Part shown: one piece after another, positions 16,913 to 28,900 of the stretch
How positions within the stretch are numbered: the stretch's first letter is position 1
How the letters are laid out: each line of letters starts with the position of its first letter
From: Thermoanaerobaculia bacterium
GTDB taxonomy: Bacteria > Acidobacteriota > Thermoanaerobaculia > Multivoradales > UBA5704
Reading direction: 5' to 3'
Assembly (NCBI GenBank): GCA_030150965.1
Contig: JASLEW010000394.1
Coordinates: 1-52,197 of the forward strand
DNA: 52,197 nt
Notes under the pieces: model-generated
Seen by the model: only the letters and a program-made list of their open reading frames with translations
The model's database searches: none
What the model was told of the DNA's origin: nothing
Program-made: the position numbers and the translations under genes

Positions 16913-19900
16913 GCGTCACCGTCACCGACCGCCTGGCGGCTCTCGCTCCCGAGCAGCGAGCCCTGTTCGAAAGGCTGCTGGAGAAGGAGCTCGAGGACGC
17001 GCGCATCCACCAGCCGGCTCCTCCGATCCTGCCGGTGCCGCGAGACCGTGACCTTCCTCTCTCCTTCTCCCAGCAACGACTCTGGCTCATCGACCAGATC
17101 GAGCCGGGCAGCCCGGCGTACAACATCCCGCAGGTCCTGCGTCTGGTTGGTGAGATCGAGCCCAGCTTGCTGCAATGGATCTTCTCCGAGATCGTCCGCC
17201 GGCACGAGTCGCTGCGCACGACGTTCGTCTCTCGGCAGGACGGTCCCGTGCAGGTGATCGCCTCTCCGGAGCCGCTCGCTCTCTCGCTCCTCGATCTTTC
17301 TCACCTACCCGAGAAGGAACGCGAATCTCAGGCGCGGGATCTCGCGTTGGCCGAGGCCAGGCGCCCGTTCGACCTCCAGCGGGGTCCGCTGCTGCGCCTG
17401 CTCCTGGTGCGCCTGATCGAGAGACACCACCTCCTGCTCCTGACCATGCACCATATTGTCGCGGATGGCTGGTCCATGGGCATCCTGGTCCGCGAGATCA
17501 TGGCACTTTACACGGCGTTCGCCGAGGGCAGACCGTCGACCCTGCCGGAGCTGCCGGTACAGTACGCGGATTTTGCGGTGTGGCAAGCCTCCTGGTTGCA
17601 GGGCGAGGTCCTGGCGAGCGAGATCTCCTTCTGGAAACGGCAGTTGGCGGGATTGCCGCCACTCTTGGAGCTGCCCACCGACCGGCCACGTCCGGCGGCG
17701 CAGACCTTCCGTGGCGCCACCCAGCCGTTTCATCTCGAGTCTGGCTCCGCGGACGCTGTGCGCGAGCTGTGCTGGCGCGAAGAAGCGACCCCCTTCATGG
17801 TCCTGCTCGCCTCCTGGGCGGCCCTGCTGGGGCGCCATGCGGGACAGGACGACGTGGTCATGGGCGCACCGGTTGCCGGGCGCAACCGGCGGGAGATCGA
17901 AGGATTGATCGGGTTCTTCGTCAACACCCTGGTCCTGCGATCGGATCTGTCCGGAGATCCGAGCTTCCGTGAGTTGCTGCACCGAGTGCGCCAGGCGTCC
18001 CTCGACGCCTTTGCCCACCAGGATCTCCCCTTCGAGCGGATCGTCGAGGAGATCGGGGTCGAGAGAAACCTGGCGATCTCTCCGCTCTTTCAGGTGCTCT
18101 TCATTTTTCAGAATGTCCCGGTGGGGAATCTCACCGTGCCGGGGCTGGCGCTGTCGCAGGTCGACGTGGACGCAGGCCTCGCGAAATTCGATCTCTCCCT
18201 GTCCCTGACTGACACCGGGGCCGGGTTTTCGGGCGCTCTCGAGTTCGCCACGGACCTGTTCGATTCAACGACCATGGACCGGCTTCAGGACCACTTCCGG
18301 ACCCTGCTGGCAAGCGCCATGTCCGATCCGCAACGGCGCTTGGCGGAGCTGCCTTTGCTGGCGAACGGCGAGCTGCATCAGATCCTTTGGGAATGGAACG
18401 ATGCTCCAGGTCGGGACGGGTCTTCGTGCGTCCACCACCTCATCGAGACGCAGGCGCGTCGGAGGTCGGAGCTGGCGGCCGTTCTGACCTCGGAGGGGGT
18501 GGAGATCTCCTATGGCGAGCTCGACCGGCTGGCAGACAGGCTCGCGTCGAGACTGCGCGCGCTCGGTGTGCTGCCGGACGACAGGGTCGGCGTCTGTCTG
18601 CATCGGGGCTGGGAAGGAGCCGTGGTCTTGCTCGCTATCCTGAAGGCGGGTGGCTGCTATCTGCCTCTCGACCCGGCCTACCCGCGCGAGCGATTGGGAT
18701 TCATGCTGTCTGACGCTGCGGCGCCAGTGATCGTGACGCGCGACGGATTGGTCGAAGCCCAGCCTGTGCAGGGCGTCCGCCTGCTCTCGCTCGATGACTT
18801 CTGGGAGGGCGATCGGCCTCGCGAGGAGAGGAGAGGAGATCTCCCCGTGGTGGATCTCAACCACCTGTCCTACATCATCTACACCTCCGGCTCGACAGGC
18901 CAGCCCAAGGGGGTGGCTCTGCCGCACCGCACACTGGCCAATCTGATCGCTTGGCAGATCACCGCCTCGGCAGTACCCGCGGGGCGGACCCTCCAATTCG
19001 CCTCGCCGAGCTTCGACGTGTCGCTGCAGGAGACGCTCGCAACCTGGGCCGCGGGGGGCACGCTGGTCCTGCTGTCCGAGGACGACCGCCGAGATGCCGA
19101 AGCCGTGCTGCGCCGCTTGCGCGGAGCGCGCGTCGAGCGCCTGTTCCTGCCGTTCGTCGCCCTCCAGCAGATCGCCGAGGCAGCCGCCCGCGCCGACGCG
19201 CTTCCCCCCCTGCGGGAGGTGGTCACCGCGGGCGAGCAGCTCCAGATGACTCCCGAGGTACGTGCCTTCTTCTCGCGCCTTCCCGGCTGCGTGTTGCGCA
19301 ACCAGTACGGGCCGTCCGAGACCCATGTGGTGACCGAGTCTTCGCTGTGGAACGAGCCGCACGGAGAGGTGGAGGAGTGGCCTGCCCTGCCGTCCATCGG
19401 GCGCCCCATCGCCGGCACCGAGGTCCATCTGCTGGATTTTCGGGGCGAGCTGGTCCCGATCGGAGCCCCAGGGGAGATCTATCTGGGAGGCCGGGGGCTG
19501 GCGCGCGGCTACCTGGGCCGTCCGGACCTGACCGCCGCGCGGTTCCTCCCCGATCCATGGGGTAGCCAGGGTGACCGGCTCTATCGAACCGGGGATCTGG
19601 CACGCCGCAGCCGCTCGGGCGAGATCGAATTCCTGGGCCGCATCGACCACCAGGTCAAGATCCGCGGATTCCGGGTCGAGCCGGGGGAGATCGAGGCGGC
19701 TCTGGCCGAGCACCCCAGCGTGCGTCAGGCCGTGATCGCCGTCCGGGAGGATCTCCCCGGCGGGCGTGGGCTGGTGGCGTTCGTGGTGCCGGACGGCGAG
19801 CCCGTGCCCGCTGTCGCCGAGCTGCGGCAGCTCCTGCGCGAGCGTCTGCCGGAGTTCATGGTGCCCGGCCACCTGGCCTTCCTCGACCGGCTGCCGGTCA

Positions 19901-22900
19901 CCCCGAGCGGCAAGGTGGACCGTCGGGCTCTGTCGAAGCTGCGGGTCTTCCCCGAGATGCCCAACCATGCTGACCGGGCGGAGTCCACGCCGGCCGCGAG
20001 CCGGAGCCCGGTCGAAGAGTTGCTGGCCGGGATCTTCGCCGAGCTGCTCCAGGCGGAGCGGGTGGCTCCCGGCGAGAGCTTCTTCGATCTCGGCGGCCAC
20101 TCGCTGCTCGCGACCCAGTTGGTGTCGCGGCTGCGGCTGGTCTTCGGCGTGGAGCTGCCGGTGCGGGCGGTGTTCGAAGCTCCCACCGTGGCCAGCTTGG
20201 CCACGGCCGTGGAACGAGCGCTGCGGAAAGGGGAGGCAGCGCGGCTCCCGCCGCTGGTCCGGATCGCGCGGGAGGGTCCCCTCCCCCTGTCGTTCGCCCA
20301 GCAACGGCTCTGGCTCGTCGACCAGCTGCAACCCGGCAGCGCGGCCTACAACATCCCCGTGGCGTTGCGCCTCGCGGGGAGACTCGATCCGAGGGCTCTG
20401 GCGGCGGCGCTGTCGGAGGTCGTCTGGCGCCACGAAGCGCTGCGCACGGTGTTCGAGCTCGGGCCCGGGGGCGAGCCGGTGCAGCGGATCCAGCCCAGCG
20501 CCCCCGTGCCCTTGCCGGTGATCGATCTGCGGGGGCTCTCCTCCCCCGGGGCTGAGTCGATGCGCCTGGCGCGGCAGGAGGCGAGCCGGCCGTTCGATCT
20601 GACCGCGGGACCGGTGCTGCGCGCTGCGCTCGTGTTGTCGGGAGAGCTGGAGCAGGTACTGCTCCTGACCGTCCACCACCTCGTCAGCGACGGCTGGTCG
20701 ACGGGGGTGCTCATCCAGGAGCTGGCGACGCTCTACCCGGTATTGGCCCGCGGGGAGGCGTCGCCCTTGCCGGAGCTGTCGGTCCAGTATGCCGATTTCG
20801 CCGTGTGGCAGCGACGTTGGCTCACCGGCGAGGTCATGGCGGCGGAGCTGGCGTACTGGCGGGAGCGCCTGGCCGGAGCTCCGCAGGCGCTGGAGCTGCC
20901 CATGGATCGTCCGCGTCCGGCGGTGCAGACTTTCCGCGGCCGGACCCTGTTTCTCTCTCTTCCCACCCCGCTGGAGAGTCTGCACGAGCTGGCCCGCCGT
21001 CGGCGGGCGACCCTGTTCATGGTTCTCCTGGCCAGCGTCCAGACTCTGCTGGCCCGCCTCGCCAGCCAGTCCGACATCTCCGTGGGGACGCCCGTCTCCG
21101 GCCGCAACCATGCCCAGACGGAGGGGCTGATCGGTTTCTTCGTCAACACGCTCGTGATGCGCTCGGACCTGGCGGACGAGCCGGCCTTCGGAGCGTTGCT
21201 GGAGCGCGTGCGGGAGACTGCTCTGGAGGCCTATGCCCACCAGGATCTGCCGTTCGAGAAGCTGGTGGAGGAGGTGGCGCCGGAGCGCGACCTGGGCCGG
21301 ACGCCGCTGTTCCAGGTGATGCTCGTCCTCCAGAACGCCGCGTTCGACGGCCTGGAGCTGCCGGATCTGCGCCTGGAGCCTCTGCCCGTGGACAGCGGCA
21401 CGGCTAAGTTCGATCTCACCCTGAGCCTGGGCGAGGATCGCGGCGCCCTCGCGGGGTTCGCCGAGCACAATCGGGACCTCTTCGATGCGACCACGGTCCG
21501 CCGCCTGCTGAGCCAACTGGACAACCTCCTGCAGTCGGCCCTGGCCGCGCCGGAGAGAAACGTCTTCGATCTGGAGCTGATGGGAGCGGCCGAGCGCCTG
21601 CAGGTGGTGCAGGAGTGGAGCGGGGAGGACCTGGGCTACCCGCGGGAGCGCTGCGTCCACGAGCTGTTCGCAGAGCGCGCGGCGCTCCATCCCGAGGCCC
21701 TGGCGGTGTCGTTCCGGGACGAGGCATGGAGCTATGGGGAGCTGGATCGCCGCTCGGCTCTCCTCGCGGAGCGCTTGCGGAGCCTCGGGATCGGGCCGGA
21801 GGTGCCGGTGGGGCTCCTCACCGAGCGCTCGCTCGAGATGGTGGCCGGCGTGCTGGGGATCCTCAAGGCTGGCGGGGCCTACGTGCCGCTGGACTCGTCC
21901 TTCCCGGCCGAACGGCTGGAGTGGATGCTGCGGGACACCGGCGCTCCGGTGGTGCTGGTCCAGGAGCGGCGGCTGGGAGATCTGCCGGCCGGCCCCTGGC
22001 GGGCCGTGAGCTTGGAGGGCCTCTGCCAAGGCTCCGAGATGGCTGCCGCACCGGGACGGAGCCCTGGCGCGTCCCGGGACAATCTGGCCTATGTCCTCTA
22101 CACCTCGGGCTCGACGGGGACGCCGAAGGGGGTGGCCGTGCCGCACCGGGCGGTGGTCCGCCTGGTGCGCGGCCGGGACGGCCTGTGCATCGGCGCCGAC
22201 GAGGTCTGGCTCCAGCTCGCGCCTCTCGCCTTCGACGCCTCGACGTTGGAGATCTGGGGGGCCCTGGCCAACGGCGGACGCCTGGAAGTCTTTGGACCCG
22301 ACAAACCGACGATCGAGGAGCTCGGGCGGAAGGTCGAGTCCACAGGGGTGACCTCCCTCTGGCTGACGGCGGGCCTCTTCCACCAGGTCGCGGAGTCGGA
22401 CCTGCGGACCTGGCGGGGTCTGCGCAGGCTCCTGGCCGGAGGGGACGTGCTCTCTCCGGCCCACGTCCGGAGGGCCCTGGAAGAGCTGCCGGGCTGCCGC
22501 GTGATCAACGGCTACGGCCCCACGGAGAACACCACCTTCACCTGCTGCCATGACCTGACGGCACCCTCCCAGGTGGAGGGTCCGGTGCCGATCGGCCGTC
22601 CGATCGCCAACACGCGGGTCCATCTGGTGGACCGCCGCGGCCATCCGGTGCCGCCCGGAGCCCCGGGAGAGCTGCTGACGGGAGGCGACGGCCTGGCCCG
22701 CGGCTATCACGGCCGGCCGGATCTCACGGCGGAGCTCTTCGTCCCCGATCCGTTCGCCGGGCAACCGGGAGAGCGGCTCTACCGCACGGGCGACCTGGCG
22801 CGCTGGCGGCCCGGCGGGGAGATCGAATTCCTCGGCCGGATCGACCAGCAGGTCAAGATCCGCGGCTTCCGCGTCGAGCCGGGGGAGATCGAGGCGGCGC

Positions 22901-25900
22901 TGGCAACCCTGCCCGGAGCTCGGGAGGTCGTCGTGGTGGCGCGTGAAGATGTGTCCGGCAACCAGCGACTGGTCGCCTATGTGGTCGGGGAGGTCGAGAC
23001 CGACTCGCTGCGCCGGTCCCTGCGCGAACGGCTGCCGGACTACATGGTGCCTGCCGTCTTCGTGACCCTCGATGCGCTGCCCCTCACCGCCAATGGCAAG
23101 GTCGACCGGAGAGCCCTGCCTGCGCCCGACGGGCCAGATGCCGGCGCCGGCCACCTGGCACCGCGGACACCCGTCGAAGAGATCCTCGCAGGAATCTGGG
23201 CCGAGGTCCTCGGCGTCGGACGGGTCGGAGTGAACGATCACTTTTTCGACCTGGGAGGACACTCGCTGCTGGCAACCCGCGTGATGTCGCGTATGCGCGG
23301 CGCCTTCGGGGTCGAGATCCCGCTGCGCAGCCTCTTCGAGGCTCCGACGCTGGCGGGCTCCGCAGCCCGGATCGAGGCGGCGCTCCAGGCCCGCACGGCC
23401 GCGCTCGCGCCGCCGCTGACCCCCATCCCGCGGACCGGGCCCCTGTCCCTGTCGTTCGCCCAGCAGCGCCTCTGGTTCATCGACCAGCTCGCGCCGGGCA
23501 GCCCGCTCTACAACATTCCGGTGGTGTTGCGCGCCGAAGGGAGCCTGGACTGCCGAGTCCTGGCGCTCACCCTCGGTGAGATCGTGCGCCGTCATGAGGC
23601 CTTGCGCACGGTCTTCGCTGCGCCGCAAGGCTCACCGGTGCAGGTCATTCAACCCGCGGCCCCCTTTCTGCTGAACGTGGTGGACCTCTCGGGGCTCCCG
23701 GAGAGCGCGCGCCAGCCGCTGGCTCACACCCTGGCCCGGGAAGCGGCCGTCCATCCCTTCGATCTCGCTCGCGGCCCCTTGCTGCGCGTGCTGCTGCTGC
23801 GGGTGGCGGAGGGAGACCATGTCGTTGTATTGACCCTGCATCACATCGTCAGCGACGGCTGGTCGATGGGCATCCTGGTGGGAGAGCTGAGAGATCTCTA
23901 CGAGGCGTTCGCCCAGGGAAGGCCGTCCACCTTGCCGGAGCTGCCGATCCAGTACGCCGATTTTGCGGTCTGGCAGCGGCGCTGGTTCCAGGGGGAGGCC
24001 CTGGAGGCGCAGCTCGATTATTGGAAACGCCAGCTCCAGGGGGCGCCCACGGCGCTGGATCTCCCTCTCGACCACCCGCGCCCGGCGTTGCAGAGCCACC
24101 GCGGCGCGAAGCGCCTCGTCGCCCTCCCCTGCCTGCTTTCGGAGGCAATCGGACGCCTGTGCAGCCAGCGGGAGGTGACCCCCTTCATGACCCTGCTCGC
24201 CGCCTGGGCGGTCCTGCTGGGACGCCATGCGAGGCAGGACGACGTGCTCGTGGGCGCGCCGATCGCCGGCCGCAACCGGCGCGAGATCGAGGGCCTGATC
24301 GGCTTTTTCGTCAACACCCTGGTGTTGCGTTCGGATCTGTCAGGAACCCCGAGCTTGCATGAGCTCCTGGAGCGGGTTCGCCGGACGGCCCTCGACGCCT
24401 TCACCCATCAGGATCTTCCCTTCGAGCGGATCGTCGAGGAGGTCGGAGCCGAGCGGAACCAGGCGATCTCTCCGCTCTTCCAGGCGGTCTTCGCCCTGCA
24501 GAACGCCCCCCTGGAAGACCTGGAGATACCAGGGCTGGTGCTCTCGCCATTCGACGTCGATATGGGCATTGTGAAATTCGATCTCACCCTGACTCTGCGG
24601 GAGAGCCCGGCGGGTTTTGTGGGACTGCTGGAGTACAACGCGGATCTGTTCGACGTCAGCACGGTGGATCGCCTGCTGGCCCGCTTCGAGGCCCTCCTCG
24701 CCGCCGCGGTCCAGGAGCCATCCCTGCCCGTGGCGGAGCTGCCGATCCTCCTGCTCGGAGAACGGCAGCAAATGCTCGTGGAGTGGAACGACACGCGCGT
24801 CCCCCTCTTCCCAGCTTGTCTCCACGAGCTCATCGAGGCCCAGGCCGACCGCTCTCCGGACAGCGTGGCCGTCGTCGCCGGAGACGAGTCCCTCACCTAC
24901 CGCGAGCTGGATCTTCGCGCCAACCGTGTGGGCCATCACCTGCGCACGTTGGGGGCCGGCCCGGATGTCCTCGTCGGCCTCTGTGCCGAGCGCTCACCGG
25001 AGATGGTGATCGGCATGTTGGGCATCCTCAAGGCGGGAGGCGCCTACGTGCCCATCGATCCGGACTATCCCCAGGAGCGTCTCGCCTTTCTCCTCGCGGA
25101 TTCAGGGGTCCGGGCGGTGCTGACGCAACGGCATCTGGCGGACCGGATCCCGGCCGGAGAGGTGTGTCTCGTCCTCTTGGACAGCGAGGAGAGGACCGTG
25201 GGCGCAGGAGGCGAGAGGCCTCGCGGAGGGGCGCTGCCGGAGAGCCTCGCCTACGTCATCTACACCTCGGGCTCGACCGGCCGTCCCAAAGGGGTCCTGG
25301 TCCCCCATGCCGGTGCGGTGAACCGCCTCCTGTGGGCTCAAGACGCCTACCCGGTGACCGTCGCGGACCGGGTCCTGCACAAGGCCTCCTTCAGCTTCGA
25401 TTTCTCGGTGTGGGAGTGCTTCGGACCGCTGATCGCGGGAGCCCGGCTGGTCCTCGCCCGCCCCGGAGAGCAGCGCGATCCCTCGCAACTGGTCCGCACC
25501 ATCCGGCAACAGGAGATCACGCTCGTCCACTTCATCCCGTCCATGCTCCAGGTCTTCGTGGCCGAGGAGGGGGTCGAGGCGTGCACGAGCCTGCGCTATG
25601 TCTTCTCCGGCGGCGAGGCGCTTCCCGCGGAGCTTGCGGAGCGCTGCCGCGAGCGGGTGCCGGCGGTGCTGCGCAACCAGTACGGCCCCACGGAGATCTC
25701 CATCGACACCACCGATTGGATCTGCCGGCCGGAGGACTCTCGCCGGGGCTTCGTCCCCCTGGGGCTTCCCCTCGCCAATACAGCTCTGTATATCCTCGAT
25801 CAGACCCTCTCTCCCATGCCGCCCGGGGTGGCTGGCGAGCTGTGCGTGGGAGGTGCGGGAGTGACGCGAGGCTACTGGCAGCGGCCGGACCTCACCGCCG

Positions 25901-28900
25901 AGAAATTCGTCCCCGACCCCTTCTCCGGGCAGCGGGGAGCCCGGCTGTACCGGACCGGCGATCGAGCCCTCCGCCTGCTCGACGGCAACGTCAAGTTCCT
26001 CGGCCGCATGGATCACCAGGTCAAGATCCGCGGCTTCCGGATCGAGCTCGGAGAGATCGAGGCGACGCTCGCCAGCCATCCCGCGGTGCGGGAGTGTGTG
26101 CTCCTCGTGCGCGAGGATACGCCGGGCTCGCGCCTCCTCGTCGCCTATGTCGTCCTGGAGCGACAGGCGGAGATCCAGGATCCGGGCTCAGACCTTCGCC
26201 GCTTCGTGGGCGAGCGGCTGCCCGAGCACATGGTGCCGTCCGCCATCGTGGCTCTGGACGCCTTCCCCCTGTCGCCCAATGGCAAGTTGGACCGGCGGGC
26301 TCTGCCGGCTCCGCAGAGCACCCGGACGTCCCGGTCCAGGCGCCGGCGAGCGGCACGTCCGGTTGAACAGAGCTATACGGCGCCGTCCAACCCGGTGGAG
26401 GAGCTGCTGGCCGGGATCTGGGGCGAGGTCCTGGGGATCGAGCGTGTCGGGATTCATGAGAGCTTCTTTGCTCTCGGCGGGCACTCCCTGCTGGCGACGC
26501 AGGTGGTGTCGCGCATCCGGAGCGTGCTCGGCGCGGAGCTGCCGCTGCGCCAGCTCTTTGAATCTCCGACCATCGCGAGCCTCGCCCGCATCGTGCAGAG
26601 CTCGGGGAGCACCGTCCAGGCGCCGCCCATCCTGCCAGTGCCGCGCGACCACGATCTGCCCCTCTCCTTTGCCCAGCAGCGGCTCTGGCTCGTGGATCAG
26701 ATCGAGCCGGGCAACCTCGCGTACAACATGCCCCTGGCGCTGCGCCTGACCGGCGGAATCGCGCCCGGGCTGCTGAAGGGGATCTTCTCCGAGATCGTCC
26801 GCCGGCATGAGGCGCTGCGGACCACTTTCGCGTCCCGCGACGGCTGGCCCGTGCAGGTGATCGCCCCGCCGGGGCCGGTCGAGCTGCCGGTGCTCGACCT
26901 TTCCCAGCTGCCGGAGAGCGAACGCGAGGCGCGGGCGCGGGATCTCGCGCTTGTCGAGGCCCAACGTCCCTTCGACCTCCGGCGCGGACCGTTGCTGCGC
27001 CTGCTCCTGGTGCGCCTGGCCGGGACGGACCACCTCCTGCTCCTGACCCTCCACCACATCGTCTCGGACGGCTGGTCCGCGGGGGTGATGCTGCGCGAGA
27101 TCGCGGCTCTTCACGAGGCCTTCTCGCAGGGGCGGCCTTCCCCCCTCGCCGGCCTGCCGGTGCAGTACGCCGACTTCGCGGTTTGGCAGCGGAGCTGGCT
27201 GCAGGGCGAGGTCCTCGACGCGCAGCTCGCAGGCTGGAAGCGCCAACTCGCCGGGGCGCCGGCGGTGCTGGAGCTGCCTCTCGACCGCCCGCGCCCGGCG
27301 ATCCAGAGCTACCGCGGCGCGAGACGCCCCGTGCTCCTCTCCTCTCCTCTCTCGGAGGCGGTCGGGCGCCTGTGCCGCCAGCAAGGGGTGACCCCCTTCA
27401 TGGCCCTGCTCGCCGCCTGGGCGGTCCTGCTGGGGCGCCACGCGGGAGAGGACGACGTGCTCGTCGGCGCGCCGATCGCCGGGCGGAACCGGCGGGAGAT
27501 CGAAGACCTGATTGGGTTCTTCATCAACACTCTGGTGTTGCGCCTGGACCTTTCCGGAGCCCCGAGCCTCGCCGAGCTGCTGGGCCGGGTGCGCCGGACC
27601 GCCCTCGACGCTTTCGCCGGCCAGGACCTGCCGTTCGAGCGCCTGGTCGAAGACCTCGCCCCGGAGCGGTCCCTCGCCTACGCGCCGCTTTTCCAGGTGA
27701 TGTTCGTCTTGCAGAACATGCCGCTCGGGGAGCTCGCCGTTCCGGGTCTTGCGATCTCCCCGCTCAACGTGGACGCAGGGCTCGCGAAATTCGATCTCTC
27801 GCTGAACCTGTTCGAGGGCCCGGAAGGGGTGGTGGGGACGTTGACATATGCCGTGGACCTCTTCGACGAGAGCACCGTGGAACGGTTGATCGCTGGTTTC
27901 CAGACCCTCCTGGCCGGGATGGCCGCGATGGCGGCGGCCGATCCCGCCGCGCCGCTGCACGACCTGGAGGTCCTGCCGGAAGCCGAGCGGCGGCAGCTCC
28001 TGGCGGTCTGGAGCGCCGAGGAGACGGGGGCCTCGGACCTCTCCCTCTACGAGCTGTTCGAACGCCAGGCCGAGCGGACGCCTGACGCCGTGGCGGTGAT
28101 CTATGAAGAGGAGATCTGGACCTACCGGGACCTGCTGCGCCGGAGCCGCGAGATCGCCGGCTTGCTCCGCGAGCAGGGGGTCGGCCCGGAAGCTCGCGTG
28201 GCGATCCTGGACCGGCGTTCGCCGGAGCGGCTCGCCCGGGTCCTGGGCGTGCTCGCTTGCGGAGCGGCGTTCGTGGCGATCGACCGCGAGCAGCCCCGGG
28301 CGCGCCGGGCGGAGATCCTGGCCGACGTGGCGCCGGTGTGGGTCTTCCCCCCGCAGCCGCCTCTCCCGGAAGAGGGGGAGGGGGAGGTGGAGGCGGGAGT
28401 GACCGTCCTCCCGGAGGTCGGCGCTCTCGGCTCCCACGTGCCGTGCTCCTGCCCGGGACCCGCCTATGTGGTCTATACGTCCGGCTCCACCGGACGCCCC
28501 AAGGGCATCTTCGGCCACCACCGGGGCGCCGCCACCTACCTGGAGTGGATCGTCCGCAACTACGGCCTCGCGGAATCCGACGTGGCGTTGCAGCTCGCGC
28601 CTCTCACCTTCGACGCCTCCCTGCGCGACACGCTCGCGCCGCTGGCGGCCGGGGGGCGGATCGTGATCGTCCCGGATGACGTGGCGCGCGATCCGGCGGC
28701 TCTCCTGGAACGGATGGCGGCGCATGGGGTCACCTGCCTGCCGAGCATCGTCCCTTCGCTGCTCCGCCTCCTGGTCGAGGAGGCGCTGGCCTCGGGCCGG
28801 AAGATCCCCTCGCTGCGCCTGCTGCTGGCGAGCGGCGAGAAGCTTCACGGCGCGGACGCCGCGGCGGTCCGGAGGGCCTTCGGCCCGCGGGTCTCGCTGG

